From contig OZ059900.1 in NCBI GenBank assembly GCA_964057225.1, positions 2,728,001 through 2,792,000 of the forward strand: a stretch of DNA of 64,000 bases, written 5' to 3'. The DNA comes from Auanema rhodensis (taxonomy: Eukaryota; Animalia; Nematoda). Of this stretch, positions 42,085 to 56,200 are shown one piece after another. The notes below the pieces were generated by a model that had not been told where the DNA came from, did no database searches, and saw only the letters and a list, made by a program, of their open reading frames with translations. Within the stretch, counting starts at the first letter, position 1. Each line of letters starts with the position of its first letter. Position numbers and translations under genes: made by a program.

Positions 42085-45000
42085 CCGATTTTTGGTACAA
42101 AATCTGTAATACTCGTAAATTTTGATCATATTCGTTAAGATTTGAGAATCAAACATACAATACACAAAATCAGTCTATTTTTATGAGCTTGCACTGATAT
42201 ATATTCATTTTGATCAAAAAAGGTCGAAAATAGAAAGAATTTTTGAAATTTCCGAGTTTTGAGTCTAATTTGGCTAAATCGCTCATATATATGATCAAAA
42301 GCATAGTTTTACTGTCTATGATAACAAAAGTCTTCAAATATACACTAATAATGATTAAATCACTGAATTTCAGTCAAATAGCATTACTACACTAAGTATG
42401 GTCGTTTTTATGCCTTTAACACCATATACTCACCGATTTTTGGTACAAAATCTGTAATACTCGTAAATTTTGATCATATTCGTTAAGATTTGAACATCAA
42501 ACACACAATAAACAAAATCAGTCTATTTTTATGAGTTTGCACTGATATATATTCATTTTGATCAAAAAAGGTCGAAAATAGAAAGAATTTTTGAATTTTC
42601 CGAGTTTTGAGTCCAATTGGGCTAAATCGCTCATATATATGATCAAAAGCATAGTTTTACTGTCTATGATAACAAAAGTCTTCAAATATACACTAATAAT
42701 GATTTAATCACTGAATTTCACTCAAATAGCATTACTACACTAAGTATGGTCGTTTTTATGCCTTTAACACCATATACTCACCGATTTTTGGTACAAAATC
42801 TGTGATACTCGTAAATTTTGATCATATTCGGTGAGATTCGAGGATCGAACACACAATACACGAAATAAGTTTATTTTTACGAGTTTGCACTGATATTTAT
42901 TCATTTTTATCAAAAAAGGTCGAAAATAGAAAGAATTTTTGAAATTTCCGAGTTTTGAGTCTAATTTGGCTAAATCGCTCATATATATGATCAAATGCAT
43001 AGTTTTACTGTCTATGATAACAAAAGTCTTCAAATATACACTAATAATGTGTAAATCACTGAATTTCACTCAAATAGCTTTACTACACTAAGTATGGTCG
43101 TTTTTATGCCTTTAACACCATATACTCACCGATTTTTGGTACAAAATCTGTAATACTCGTAAATTTTGATCATATTCGTTAAGATTTGAGAATCAAACAT
43201 ACAATACACAAAATCAGTCTATTTTTATAAGCTTGCACTGATATATATTCATTTTGATCAAAAAAGGTCGAAAATAGAAAGAATTTTTGAAATTTACGAG
43301 TTTTGAGTCTAATTTGGCTAAATCGCTCATATATATGATCAAAAGCATAGTTTTACTGTCTATGATAACAAAAGTCTTCAAATATACACTAATAATGATT
43401 TAATCACTGAATTTCACTCAAATAGCATTACTACACTAAGTATGGTCGTTTTTATGCCTTTAACACCATATACTCACCGATTTTTGGTACAAAATCTGTA
43501 ATACTTGTAAATTTTGATCATATTTGTTAAGATTCGAGAATCAAACACATAATACACGAAATAAGTCTATTTTCATGAGTTTGCACTGATATTTATTCAT
43601 TTTGATCAAAAAAGGTCGAAAGTAGAAAGAATTTTTGAATTTTCCGAGTTTTGAGTCCAATTGGGCTAAATCGCTCATATATATGATCAAAAGCATAGTT
43701 TTACTGTCTATGATAACAAAAGTCTTCAAATATACACTAATAATGATTTAATCACTGAATTTCACTCAAATAGCATTACTACACTCAGTATGGTCGTTTT
43801 TATGCCTTTAACACCATATACTCACCGATTTTTGGTACAAAATCTGTAATACTCGTAAATTTTGATCATATTCGTTAAGATTTGAGAATCAAACATACAA
43901 TACACAAAATCAGTCTATTTTTATGAGCTTGCACTGATATATATTCATTTTGATCAAAAAAGGTCGAAAATAGAAAGAATTTTTGAAATTTCCGAGTTTT
44001 GAGTCTAATTTGGCTAAATCGCTCATATATATGATCAAAAGCATAGTTTTACTGTCTATGATAACAAAAGTCTTCAAATATACACTAATAATGATTAAAT
44101 CACTGAATTTCAGTCAAATAGCATTACTACACTAAGTATGGTCGTTTTTATGCCTTTAACACCATATACTCACCGATTTTTGGTACAAAATCTGTGATAC
44201 TCGTAAATTTTGATCATATTCGGTGAGATTCGAAGATCGAACACACAATACACGAAATAAGTTTATTTTTACGAGTTTGCACTGATATTTATTCATTTTT
44301 ATCAAAAAAGGTCGAAAATAGAAAGAATTTTTGAAATTTCCGAGTTTTGAGTCTAATTTGGCTAAATCGCTCATATATATGATCAAAAGCATAGTTTTAC
44401 TGTCTATGATAACAAAAGTCTTCAAATATACACTAATAATGTGTAAATCACTGAATTTCACTCAAATAGCTTTACTACACTAAGTATGGTCGTTTTTATG
44501 CCTTTAACACCATATACTCACCGATTTTTGGTACAAAATCTGTAATACTCGTAAATTTTGATCATATTTGTTAAGATTTGAGAATCAAACATACAATACA
44601 CAAAATCGGTCTATTTTTATAAGCTTGCACTGATATATATTCATTTTGATCAAAAAAGGTCGAAAATAGAAAGAATTTTTGAAATTTACGAGTTTTGAGT
44701 CTAATTTGGCTAAATCGCTCATATATATGATCAGAAGCATAGTTTTATTGTCTATGACAACAAAAGTCATTAGTTAAACACTAATGATGTTTAAATCACT
44801 AAATTTCGCTCAAATAGCATTACTACACTAAGTATGGTCGTTTTTATGCCTTTAACACCATATACTCACCGATTTTTGTTACAAAATCTGTAATACTTGT
44901 AAATTTTGATCATATTTGTTAAGATTCGAGAATCAAACACATAATACACGAAATAAGTCTATTTTTATGAGTTTGCACTGATATTTATTCATTTTGATCA

Positions 45001-45216
45001 AAAAAGGTCGAAAATAGAAAGAATTTTTGAATTTTCCGAGTTTTGAGTCCAATTGGGCTAAATCGCTCATATATATGATCAAAAGCATAGTTTTACTGTC
45101 TATGATAACAAAAGTCTTCAAATATACACTAATAATGATTTAATCACTGAATTTCACTCAAATAGCATTACTACACTAAGTATGGTCGTTTTTATGCCTT
45201 TAACACCATATACTCA

Positions 45217-48200
45217 CCGATTTTTGGTACAAAATCTGTAATACTCGTAAATTTTGATCATATTCGTTAAGATTTGAGAATCAAACATACAATACACAAA
45301 ATCAGTCTATTTTTATGAGCTTGCACTGATATATATTCATTTTGATCAAAAAAGGTCGAAAATAGAAAGAATTTTTGAAATTTCCGAGTTTTGAGTCCAA
45401 TTGGGCTAAATCGCTCATATATATGATCAAAAGCATAGTTTTACTGTCTATGATAACAAAAGTCTTCAAATATACACTAATAATGATTAAATCACTGAAT
45501 TTCACTCAAATAGCATTACTACACTAAGTATGGTCGTTTTTATGCCTTTAACACCATATACTCACCGATTTTTGGTACAAAATCTGTGATACTCGTAAAT
45601 TTTGATCATATTCGGTGAGATTCGAGAATCAAACACACAATACACGAAATAAGTTTATTTTTACGAGTTTGCACTGATATTTATTCATTTTGATCAAAAA
45701 AGGTCGAAAATAGAAAGAATTTTTGAAATTTCCGAGTTTTGAGTCTAATTTGGCTAAATCGCTCATATATATGATCAAAAGCATAGTTTTATTGTCTATG
45801 ACAACAAAAGTCATCAATTAAACGCTAGTGATGTTTAAATACTGAATTTCGCTCAAATAGCATTACTACACTAAGTATGGTCGTTTTTATGCCTTTAACA
45901 CCATATACTCACCGATTTTTGGTACAAAATCTGTAATACTCGTAAATTTTGATCATATTCGTTAAGATTTGAGAATCAAACATACAATACACAAAATCAG
46001 TCTATTTTTATGAGCTTGCACTGATATATATTCATTTTGATCAAAAAAGGTCGAAAATAGAAAGAATTTTTGAAATTTACGAGTTTTGAGTCTAATTTGG
46101 CTAAATCGCTCATATATATGATCAGAAGCATAGTTTTATTGTCTATGACAACAAAAGTCATTAGTTAAACACTAATGATGTTTAAATCACTAAATTTCGC
46201 TCAAATAGCATTACTACACTAAGTATGGTCGTTTTTATGCCTTTAACACCATATACTCACCGATTTTTGGTACAAAATCTGTAATACTCGTAAATTTTGA
46301 TCATATCCGTTAAGATTTGAGAATCAAACATACAATACACAAAATCAGTCTATTTTTATGAGCTTGCACTGATATATATTCATTTTGATCAAAAAAGGTC
46401 GAAAATAGAAAGAATTTTTGAAATTTCCGAGTTTTGAGTCTAATTTGGCTAAATCGCTCATATATATGATCAAAAGCATAGTTTTATTGTCTATGACAAC
46501 AAAAGTCATCAATTAAACGCTAGTGATGTTTAAATACTGAATTTCGCTCAAATAGCATTACTACACTAAGTATGGTCGTTTTTATGCCTTTAACACCATA
46601 TACTCACCGATTTTTGGTACAAAATCTGTAATACTCGTAAATTTTGATCATATTCGTTGAGATTTGAGAATATAACATACAATACACAAAATCAGTCTAT
46701 TTTTATGAGCTTGCACTGATATATATTCATTTTGATCAAAAAAGGTCGAAAATAGAAAGAATTTTTGAAATTTCCGAGTTTTGAGTCTAATTTGGCTAAA
46801 TCGCTCATATATATGATCAAAAGCATAGTTTTACTGTCTATGATAACAAAAGTCTTCAAATATACACTAATAATGTGTAAATCACTGAATTTCACTCAAA
46901 TAGCTTTACTACACTAAGTATGGTCGTTTTTATGCCTTTAACACCATATACTCACCGATTTTTGGTACAAAATCTGTAATACTCGTAAATTTTGATCATA
47001 TTCGTTAAGATTTGAAAATCAAACACACAATAAACAAAATCAGTCTATTTTTATGAGTTTGCACTGATATATATTCATTTTGATCAAAAAAGGTCGAAAA
47101 TAGAAAGAATTTTTGAATTTTCCGAGTTTTGAGTCCAATTGGGCTAAATCGCTCATATATATGATCAAAAGCATAGTTTTACTGTCTATGATAACAAAAG
47201 TCTTCAAATATACACTAATAATGATTAAATCACTGAATTTCACTCAAATAGCATTACTACACTAAGTATGGTTGTTTTTATGCCTTTTACACCATATACT
47301 CACCGATTTTTGGTACAAAATCTGTAATACTCGTAAATTTTGATCATATTCGTTAAGATTTGAGAATCAAACATACAATACACAAAATCAGTCTATTTTT
47401 ATGAGCTTGCACTGATATATATTCATTTTGATCAAAAAAGGTCGAAAATAGAAAGAATTTTTGAAATTTACGAGTTTTGAGTCTAATTTGGCTAAATCGC
47501 TCATATATATGATCAGAAGCATAGTTTTATTGTCTATGACAACAAAAGTCATTAATTAAACACTAATGATGTTTAAATCACTAAATTTCGCTCAAATAGC
47601 ATTACTACACTAAGTATGGTCGTTTTTATGCCTTTAACACCATATACTCACCGATTTTTGGTACAAAATCTGTAATACTTGTAAATTTTGATCATATTCG
47701 GTAAGATTCGAGAATCAAACACATAATACACGAAATAAGTCTATTTTTATGAGTTTGCACTGATATTTATTCATTTTGATCAAAAAAGGTCGAAAATAGA
47801 AAGAATTTTTGAATTTTCCGAGTTTTGAGTCCAATTGGGCTAAATCGCTCATATATATGATCAAAAGCATAGTTTTACTGTCTATGATAACAAAAGTCTT
47901 CAAATATACACTAATAATGTGTAAATCACTGAATTTCACTCAAATAGCTTTACTACACTAAGTATGGTCGTTTTTATGCCTTTAACACCATATACTCACC
48001 GATTTTTGGTACAAAATCTGTAATACTCGTAAATTTTGATCATATTCGTTAAGATTTGAGAATCAAACATACAATACACAAAATCAGTCTATTTTTATGA
48101 GCTTGCACTGATATATATTCATTTTGATCAAAAAAGGTCGAAAATAGAAAGAATTTTTGAAATTTCCGAGTTTTGAGTCTAATTTGGCTAAATCGCTCAT

Positions 48201-51200
48201 ATATATGATCAGAAGCATAGTTTTATTGTCTATGACAACAAAAATCATCAATTAAACGCTAGTGATGTTTAAATACTAATTTTCGCTCAAATAGCATTAC
48301 TACACTAAGTATGGTCGTTTTTATGCCTTTAACACCATATACTCACCGATTTTTGGTACAAAATCTGTAATACTTGTAAATTTTGATCATATTCGTTAAG
48401 ATTCGAGAATCAAACACATAATACACGAAATAAGTCTATTTTTACAAGTTTGCACTGATATTTATTCATTTTGATCAAAAAAGATCGAAAATAGAAAGAA
48501 TTTTTGAAATTTCCGAGTTTTGAGTCCAATTTGGCTAAATCGCTCATATATATGATCAAAAGCATAGTTTTATTGTCTATAACAACAAAAGTCATCAATT
48601 AAACGCTAGTGATGTTTTAATACTGAATTTCGCTCAAATAGCATTACTACACTAAGTATGGTCGTTTTTATGCCTTTAACACCATATACTCACCGATTTT
48701 TGGTACAAAATCTGTGATACTCGTAAATTTTGATCATATTCGGTGAGATTCGAGAATCAAACACACAATACACGAAATAAGTTTATTTTGACGAGTTTGC
48801 ACTGATATTTATTCATTTTGATCAAAAAAGGTCGAAAATAGAAAGATTTTTTGAAATTTCCGAGTTTTGAGTCTAATTTGGCTAAATCGCTCATATATAT
48901 GATCAGAAGCATAGATGTATTGTCTATGACAACAAAAGTCATTAATTGAACACTAATGATGTTTAAATCACTGAATTTCGCTCAAATAGCATTACTACAC
49001 TAAGGATGGTCGTTTTTATGCCTTTAACACCATATACTCACCGATTTTTGGTACAAAATCTGTGATACTCGTAAATTTTGATCACATTCGTTAAGATTCG
49101 AGAATCAAACACACAATACACGGAATAAGTTCATTTTTACAAGTTTGCACTGATATTTATTCATTTTGATCAAAAAAGGTCGAAAATAGAAAGAATTTTT
49201 GAAATTTACGAGTTTTGAGTCTAATTTGGCTAAATCGCTCATATATATGATCAGAAGCATAGTTTTATTGTCTATGACAACAAAAGTCATTAATTAAACA
49301 CTAATGATGTTTAAATCACTAAATTTCGCTCAAATAGCATTACTACACTAAGTATGGTCGTTTTTATGCCTTTAACACCATATACTCACCGATTTTTGGT
49401 ACAAAATCTGTAATACTTGTAAATTTTGATCATCTTCGTTAAGATTCGAGAATCAAACACAAAATAAACGAAATAAGTCTATTTTTATGAGTTTGCACTG
49501 ATATTTATTCATTTTGATCAAAAAAGGTCGAAAATAGAAAGAATTTTTGAATTTTCCGAGTTTTGAGTCCAATTGGGCTAAATCGCTCATATATATGATC
49601 AAAAGCATAGTTTTACTGTCTATGATAACAAAAGTCTTCAAATATACACTAATAATGTGTAAATCACTGAATTTCACTCAAATAGCTTTACTACACTAAG
49701 TATGGTCGTTTTTATGCCTTTAACACCATATACTCACCGATTTTTGGTACAAAATCTGTAATACTCGTAAATTTTGATCATATTCGTTAAGATTTGAGAA
49801 TCAAACATACAATACACAAAATCAGTCTATTTTTATGAGCTTGCACTGATATATATTCATTTTGATCAAAAAAGGTCGAAAATAGAAAGAATTTTTGAAA
49901 TTTCCGAGTTTTGAGTCCAATTGGGCTAAATCGCTCATATATATGATCAAAAGCATAGTTTTACTGTCTATGATAACAAAAGTCTTCAAATATACACTAA
50001 TAATGATTAAATCACTGAATTTCACTCAAATAGCATTACTACACTAAGTATGGTCGTTTTTATGCCTTTAACACCATATACTCACCGATTTTTGGTACAA
50101 AATCTGTAATACTCGTAAATTTTGATCATATCCGTTAAGATTTGAGAATCAAACATACAATACACAAAATCAGTCTATTTTTATGAGCTTGCACTGATAT
50201 ATATTCATTTTGATCAAAAAAGGTCGAAAATAGAAAGAATTTTTGAAATTTCCGAGTTTTGAGTCTAATTTGGCTAAATCGCTCATATATATGATCAAAA
50301 GCATAGTTTTATTGTCTATGACAACAAAAGTCATCAATTAAACGCTAGTGATGTTTAAATACTGAATTTCGCTCAAATAGCATTACTACACTAAGTATGG
50401 TCGTTTTTATGCCTTTAACACCATATACTCACCGATTTTTGGTACAAAATCTGTAATACTCGTAAATTTTGATCATATCCGTTAAGATTTGAGAATCAAA
50501 CATACAATACACAAAATCAGTCTATTTTTATGAGCTTGCACTGATATATATTCATTTTGATCAAAAAAGGTCGAAAATAGAAAGAATTTTTGAAATTTCC
50601 GAGTTTTGAGTCTAATTTGGCTAAATCGCTCATATATATGATCAAAAGCATAGTTTTATTGTCTATGACAACAAAAGTCATCAATTAAACGCTAGTGATG
50701 TTTAAATACTGAATTTCGCTCAAATAGCATTACTACACTAAGTATGGTCGTTTTTATGCCTTTAACACCATATACTCACCGATTTTTGGTACAAAATCTG
50801 TAATACTCGTAAATTTTGATCATATTCGTTGAGATTTGAGAATATAACATACAATACACAAAATCAGTCTATTTTTATGAGCTTGCACTGATATATATTC
50901 ATTTTGATCAAAAAAGGTCGAAAATAGAAAGAATTTTTGAAATTTCCGAGTTTTGAGTCTAATTTGGCTAAATCGCTCATATATATGATCAAAAGCATAG
51001 TTTTACTGTCTATGATAACAAAAGTCTTCAAATATACACTAATAATGTGTAAATCACTGAATTTCACTCAAATAGCTTTACTACACTAAGTATGGTCGTT
51101 TTTATGCCTTTAACACCATATACTCACCGATTTTTGGTACAAAATCTGTAATACTCGTAAATTTTGATCATATTCGTTAAGATTTGAAAATCAAACACAC

Positions 51201-53020
51201 AATAAACAAAATCAGTCTATTTTTATGAGTTTGCACTGATATATATTCATTTTGATCAAAAAAGGTCGAAAATAGAAAGAATTTTTGAATTTTCCGAGTT
51301 TTGAGTCCAATTGGGCTAAATTGCTCATATATATGATCAAAAGCATAGTTTTACTGTCTATGATAACAAAAGTCTTCAAATATACACTAATAATGATTAA
51401 ATCACTGAATTTCACTCAAATAGCATTACTACACTAAGTATGGTTGTTTTTATGCCTTTTACACCATATACTCACCGATTTTTGGTACAAAATCTGTAAT
51501 ACTCGTAAATTTTGATCATATTCGTTAAGATTTGAGAATCAAACATACAATACACAAAATCAGTCTATTTTTATGAGCTTGCACTGATATATATTCATTT
51601 TGATCAAAAAAGGTCGAAAATAGAAAGAATTTTTGAAATTTACGAGTTTTGAGTCTAATTTGGCTAAATCGCTCATATATATGATCAGAAGCATAGTTTT
51701 ATTGTCTATGACAACAAAAGTCATTAATTAAACACTAATGATGTTTAAATCACTAAATTTCGCTCAAATAGCATTACTACACTAAGTATGGTCGTTTTTA
51801 TGCCTTTAACACCATATACTCACCGATTTTTGGTACAAAATCTGTAATACTTGTAAATTTTGATCATATTCGGTAAGATTCGAGAATCAAACACATAATA
51901 CACGAAATAAGTCTATTTTTATGAGTTTGCACTGATATTTATTCATTTTGATCAAAAAAGGTCGAAAATAGAAAGAATTTTTGAATTTTCCGAGTTTTGA
52001 GTCCAATTGGGCTAAATCGCTCATATATATGATCAAAAGCATAGTTTTACTGTCTATGATAACAAAAGTCTTCAAATATACACTAATAATGTGTAAATCA
52101 CTGAATTTCACTCAAATAGCTTTACTACACTAAGTATGGTCGTTTTTATGCCTTTAACACCATATACTCACCGATTTTTGGTACAAAATCTGTAATACTC
52201 GTAAATTTTGATCATATTCGTTAAGATTTGAGAATCAAACATACAATACACAAAATCAGTCTATTTTTATGAGCTTGCACTGATATATATTCATTTTGAT
52301 CAAAAAAGGTCGAAAATAGAAAGAATTTTTGAAATTTCCGAGTTTTGAGTCTAATTTGGCTAAATCGCTCATATATATGATCAGAAGCATAGTTTTATTG
52401 TCTATGACAACAAAAATCATCAATTAAACGCTAGTGATGTTTAAATACTAATTTTCGCTCAAATAGCATTACTACACTAAGTATGGTCGTTTTTATGCCT
52501 TTAACACCATATACTCACCGATTTTTGGTACAAAATCTGTAATACTTGTAAATTTTGATCATATTCGTTAAGATTCGAGAATCAAACACATAATACACGA
52601 AATAAGTCTATTTTTACAAGTTTGCACTGATATTTATTCATTTTGATCAAAAAAGATCGAAAATAGAAAGAATTTTTGAAATTTCCGAGTTTTGAGTCCA
52701 ATTTGGCTAAATTGCTCATATATATGATCAAAAGCATAGTTTTATTGTCTATAACAACAAAAGTCATCAATTAAACGCTAGTGATGTTTTAATACTGAAT
52801 TTCGCTCAAATAGCATTACTACACTAAGTATGGTCGTTTTTATGCCTTTAACACCATATACTCACCGATTTTTGGTACAAAATCTGTGATACTCGTAAAT
52901 TTTGATCATATTTGGTGAGATTCGAGAATCAAACACACAATACACGAAATAAGTTTATTTTGACGAGTTTGCACTGATATTTATTCATTTTGATCAAAAA
53001 AGGTCGAAAATAGAAAGAAT
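45217..53020. repeat. 12-13-monomer tandem duplication (offsets 4520 then 4172 bp), second copy partial and rearranged
   Basis: ORF pair 45302/49822 is offset by 4520 bp. Pairs 46692/50864, 47040/51212, 47715/51887, 48410/52582 and 48757/52929 are offset by 4172 bp. The private markers GAGAATATAACATAC and GGTTGTTTTTATGCCTTTTACACC each occur twice. Confidence 0.9.
50085..50778. repeat. Single-monomer tandem duplication (two apparently identical adjacent 347-bp monomers)
   Basis: The monomers at 50085 and 50432 both carry the rare CATATCCGTT variant, otherwise seen only in the monomer at 46260, and look identical by eye. Confidence 0.88.
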
Positions 53021-53212
53021 TTTTGAAATTTCCGAGTTTTGAGTCCAATTGGGCTAAATCGCTCATATATATGATCAAAAGCATAGTTTTACTGTCTATG
53101 ATAACAAAAGTCTTCAAATATACACTAATAATGTGTAAATCACTGAATTTCACTCAAATAGCTTTACTACACTAAGTATGGTCGTTTTTATGCCTTTAAC
53201 ACCATATACTCA

Positions 53213-56200
53213 CCGATTTTTGGTACAAAATCTGTAATACTCGTAAATTTTGATCATATTCGTTAAGATTTGAGAATCAAACATACAATACACAAAATCA
53301 GTCTATTTTTATGAGCTTGCACTGATATATATTCATTTTGATCAAAAAAGGTCGAAAATAGAAAGAATTTTTGAAATTTCCGAGTTTTGAGTCTAATTTG
53401 GCTAAATCGCTCATATATATGATCAGAAGCATAGTTTTATTGTCTATGACAACAAAAATCATCAATTAAACGCTAGTGATGTTTAAATACTGATTTTTGC
53501 TCAAATAGCATTACTACACTAAGTATGGTCGTTTTTATGCGTTTAACATCATATACTCACCGATTTTTGGTACAAAATCTGTAATACTTGTAAATTTTGA
53601 TCATATTCGTTAAGATTCGAGAATCAAACATATAATACACGAAATAAGTCTATTTTTACAAGTTTGCACTGATATTTATTCATTTTGATCAAAAAAGATC
53701 GAAAATAGAAAGAATTTTTGAAATTTCCGAGTTTTGAGTCCAATTTGGCTAAATCGCTCATATATATGATCAAAAGCATAGTTTTATTGTCTATAACAAC
53801 AAAAGTCATCAATTAAACGCTAGTGATGTTTTAATACTGAATTTCGCTCAAATAGCATTACTACACTAAGTATGGTCGTTTTTATGCCTTTAACACCATA
53901 TACTCACCGATTTTTGGTACAAAATCTGTAATACTCGTAAATTTTGATCATATTCGTTAAGATTTGAGAATCAAACATACAATACACAAAATCAGTCTAT
54001 TTTTATGAGCTTGCACTGATATATATTCATTTTGATCAAAAAAGGTCGAAAATAGAAAGAATTTTTGAATTTTCCGAGTTTTGAGTCCAATTGGGCTAAA
54101 TCGCTCATATATATGATCAAAAGCATAGTTTTACTGTCTATGATAACAAAAGTCTTCAAATATACACTAATAATGTGTAAATCACTGAATTTCACTCAAA
54201 TAGCTTTACTACACTAAGTATGGTCGTTTTTATGCCTTTAACACCATATACTCACCGATTTTTGGTACAAAATCTGTAATACTCGTAAATTTTGATCATA
54301 TTCGTTAAGATTTGAGAATCAAACATACAATACACAAAATCAGTCTATTTTTATGAGCTTGCACTGATATATATTCATTTTGATCAAAAAAGGTCGAAAA
54401 TAGAAATAATTTTTGAAATTTCCGAGTTTTGAGTCTAATTTGGCTAAATCGCTCATATATATGATCAGAAGCATAGTTTTATTGTCTATGACAACAAAAA
54501 TCATCAATTAAACGCTAGTGATGTTTAAATACTGATTTTTGCTCAAATAGCATTACTACACTAAGTATGGTCGTTTTTATGCCTTTAACACCATATACTC
54601 ACCGATTTTTGGTACAAAATCTGTAATACTTGTAAATTTTGATCATATTCGTTAAGATTCGAGAATCAAACATATAATACACGAAATAAGTCTATTTTTA
54701 CAAGTTTGCACTGATATTTATTCATTTTGATCAAAAAAGATCGAAAATAGAAAGAATTTTTGAAATTTCCGAGTTTTGAGTCCAATTTGGCTAAATCGCT
54801 CATATATATGATCAAAAGCATAGTTTTATTGTCTATAACAACAAAAGTCATCAATTAAACGCTAGTGATGTTTTAATACTGAATTTCGCTCAAATAGCAT
54901 TACTACACTAAGTATGGTCGTTTTTATGCCTTTAACACCATATACTCACCGATTTTTGGTACAAAATCTGTGATACTCGTAAATTTTGATCATATTCGGT
55001 GAGATTCGAGAATCAAACACACAATACACGAAATAAGTTTATTTTGACGAGTTTGCACTGATATTTATTCATTTTGATCAAAAAAGGTCGAAAATAGAAA
55101 GATTTTTTGAAATTTCCGAGTTTTGAGTCTAATTTGGCTAAATCGCTCATATATATGATCAGAAGCATAGATGTATTGTCTATGACAACAAAAGTCATTA
55201 ATTGAACACTAATGATGTTTAAATCACTGAATTTCGCTCAAATAGCATTACTACACTAAGGATGGTCGTTTTTATGCCTTTAACACCATATACTCACCGA
55301 TTTTTGGTACAAAATCTGTGATACTCGTAAATTTTGATCACATTCGTTAAGATTCGAGAATCAAACACACAATACACGGAATAAGTTCATTTTTACAAGT
55401 TTGCACTGATATTTATTCATTTTGATCAAAAAAGGTCGAAAATAGAAAGAATTTTTGAAATTTACGAGTTTTGAGTCTAATTTGGCTAAATCGCTCATAT
55501 ATATGATCAGAAGCATAGTTTTATTGTCTATGACAACAAAAGTCATTAATTAAACACTAATGATGTTTAAATCACTAAATTTCGCTCAAATAGCATTACT
55601 ACACTAAGTATGGTCGTTTTTATGCCTTTAACACCATATACTCACCGATTTTTGGTACAAAATCTGTAATACTTGTAAATTTTGATCATCTTCGTTAAGA
55701 TTCGAGAATCAAACACAAAATAAACGAAATAAGTCTATTTTTATGAGTTTGCACTGATATTTATTCATTTTGATCAAAAAAGGTCGAAAATAGAAAGAAT
55801 TTTTGAATTTTCCGAGTTTTGAGTCCAATTGGGCTAAATCGCTCATATATATGATCAAAAGCATAGTTTTACTGTCTATGATAACAAAAGTCTTCAAATA
55901 TACACTAATAATGATTTAATCACTGAATTTCACTCAAATAGCATTACTACACTAAGTATGGTCCTTTTTTATGCCTTTAACACCATATACTCACCGATTT
56001 TTGGTACAAAATCTGTAATACTCGTAAATTTTGATCATATTCGTTAAGATTTGAGAATCAAACATACAATACACAAAATCAGTCTATTTTTATGAGCTTG
56101 CACTGATATATATTCATTTTGATCAAAAAAGGTCGAAAATAGAAAGAATTTTTGAAATTTCCGAGTTTTGAGTCTAATTTGGTTAATCGCTCATATATAT

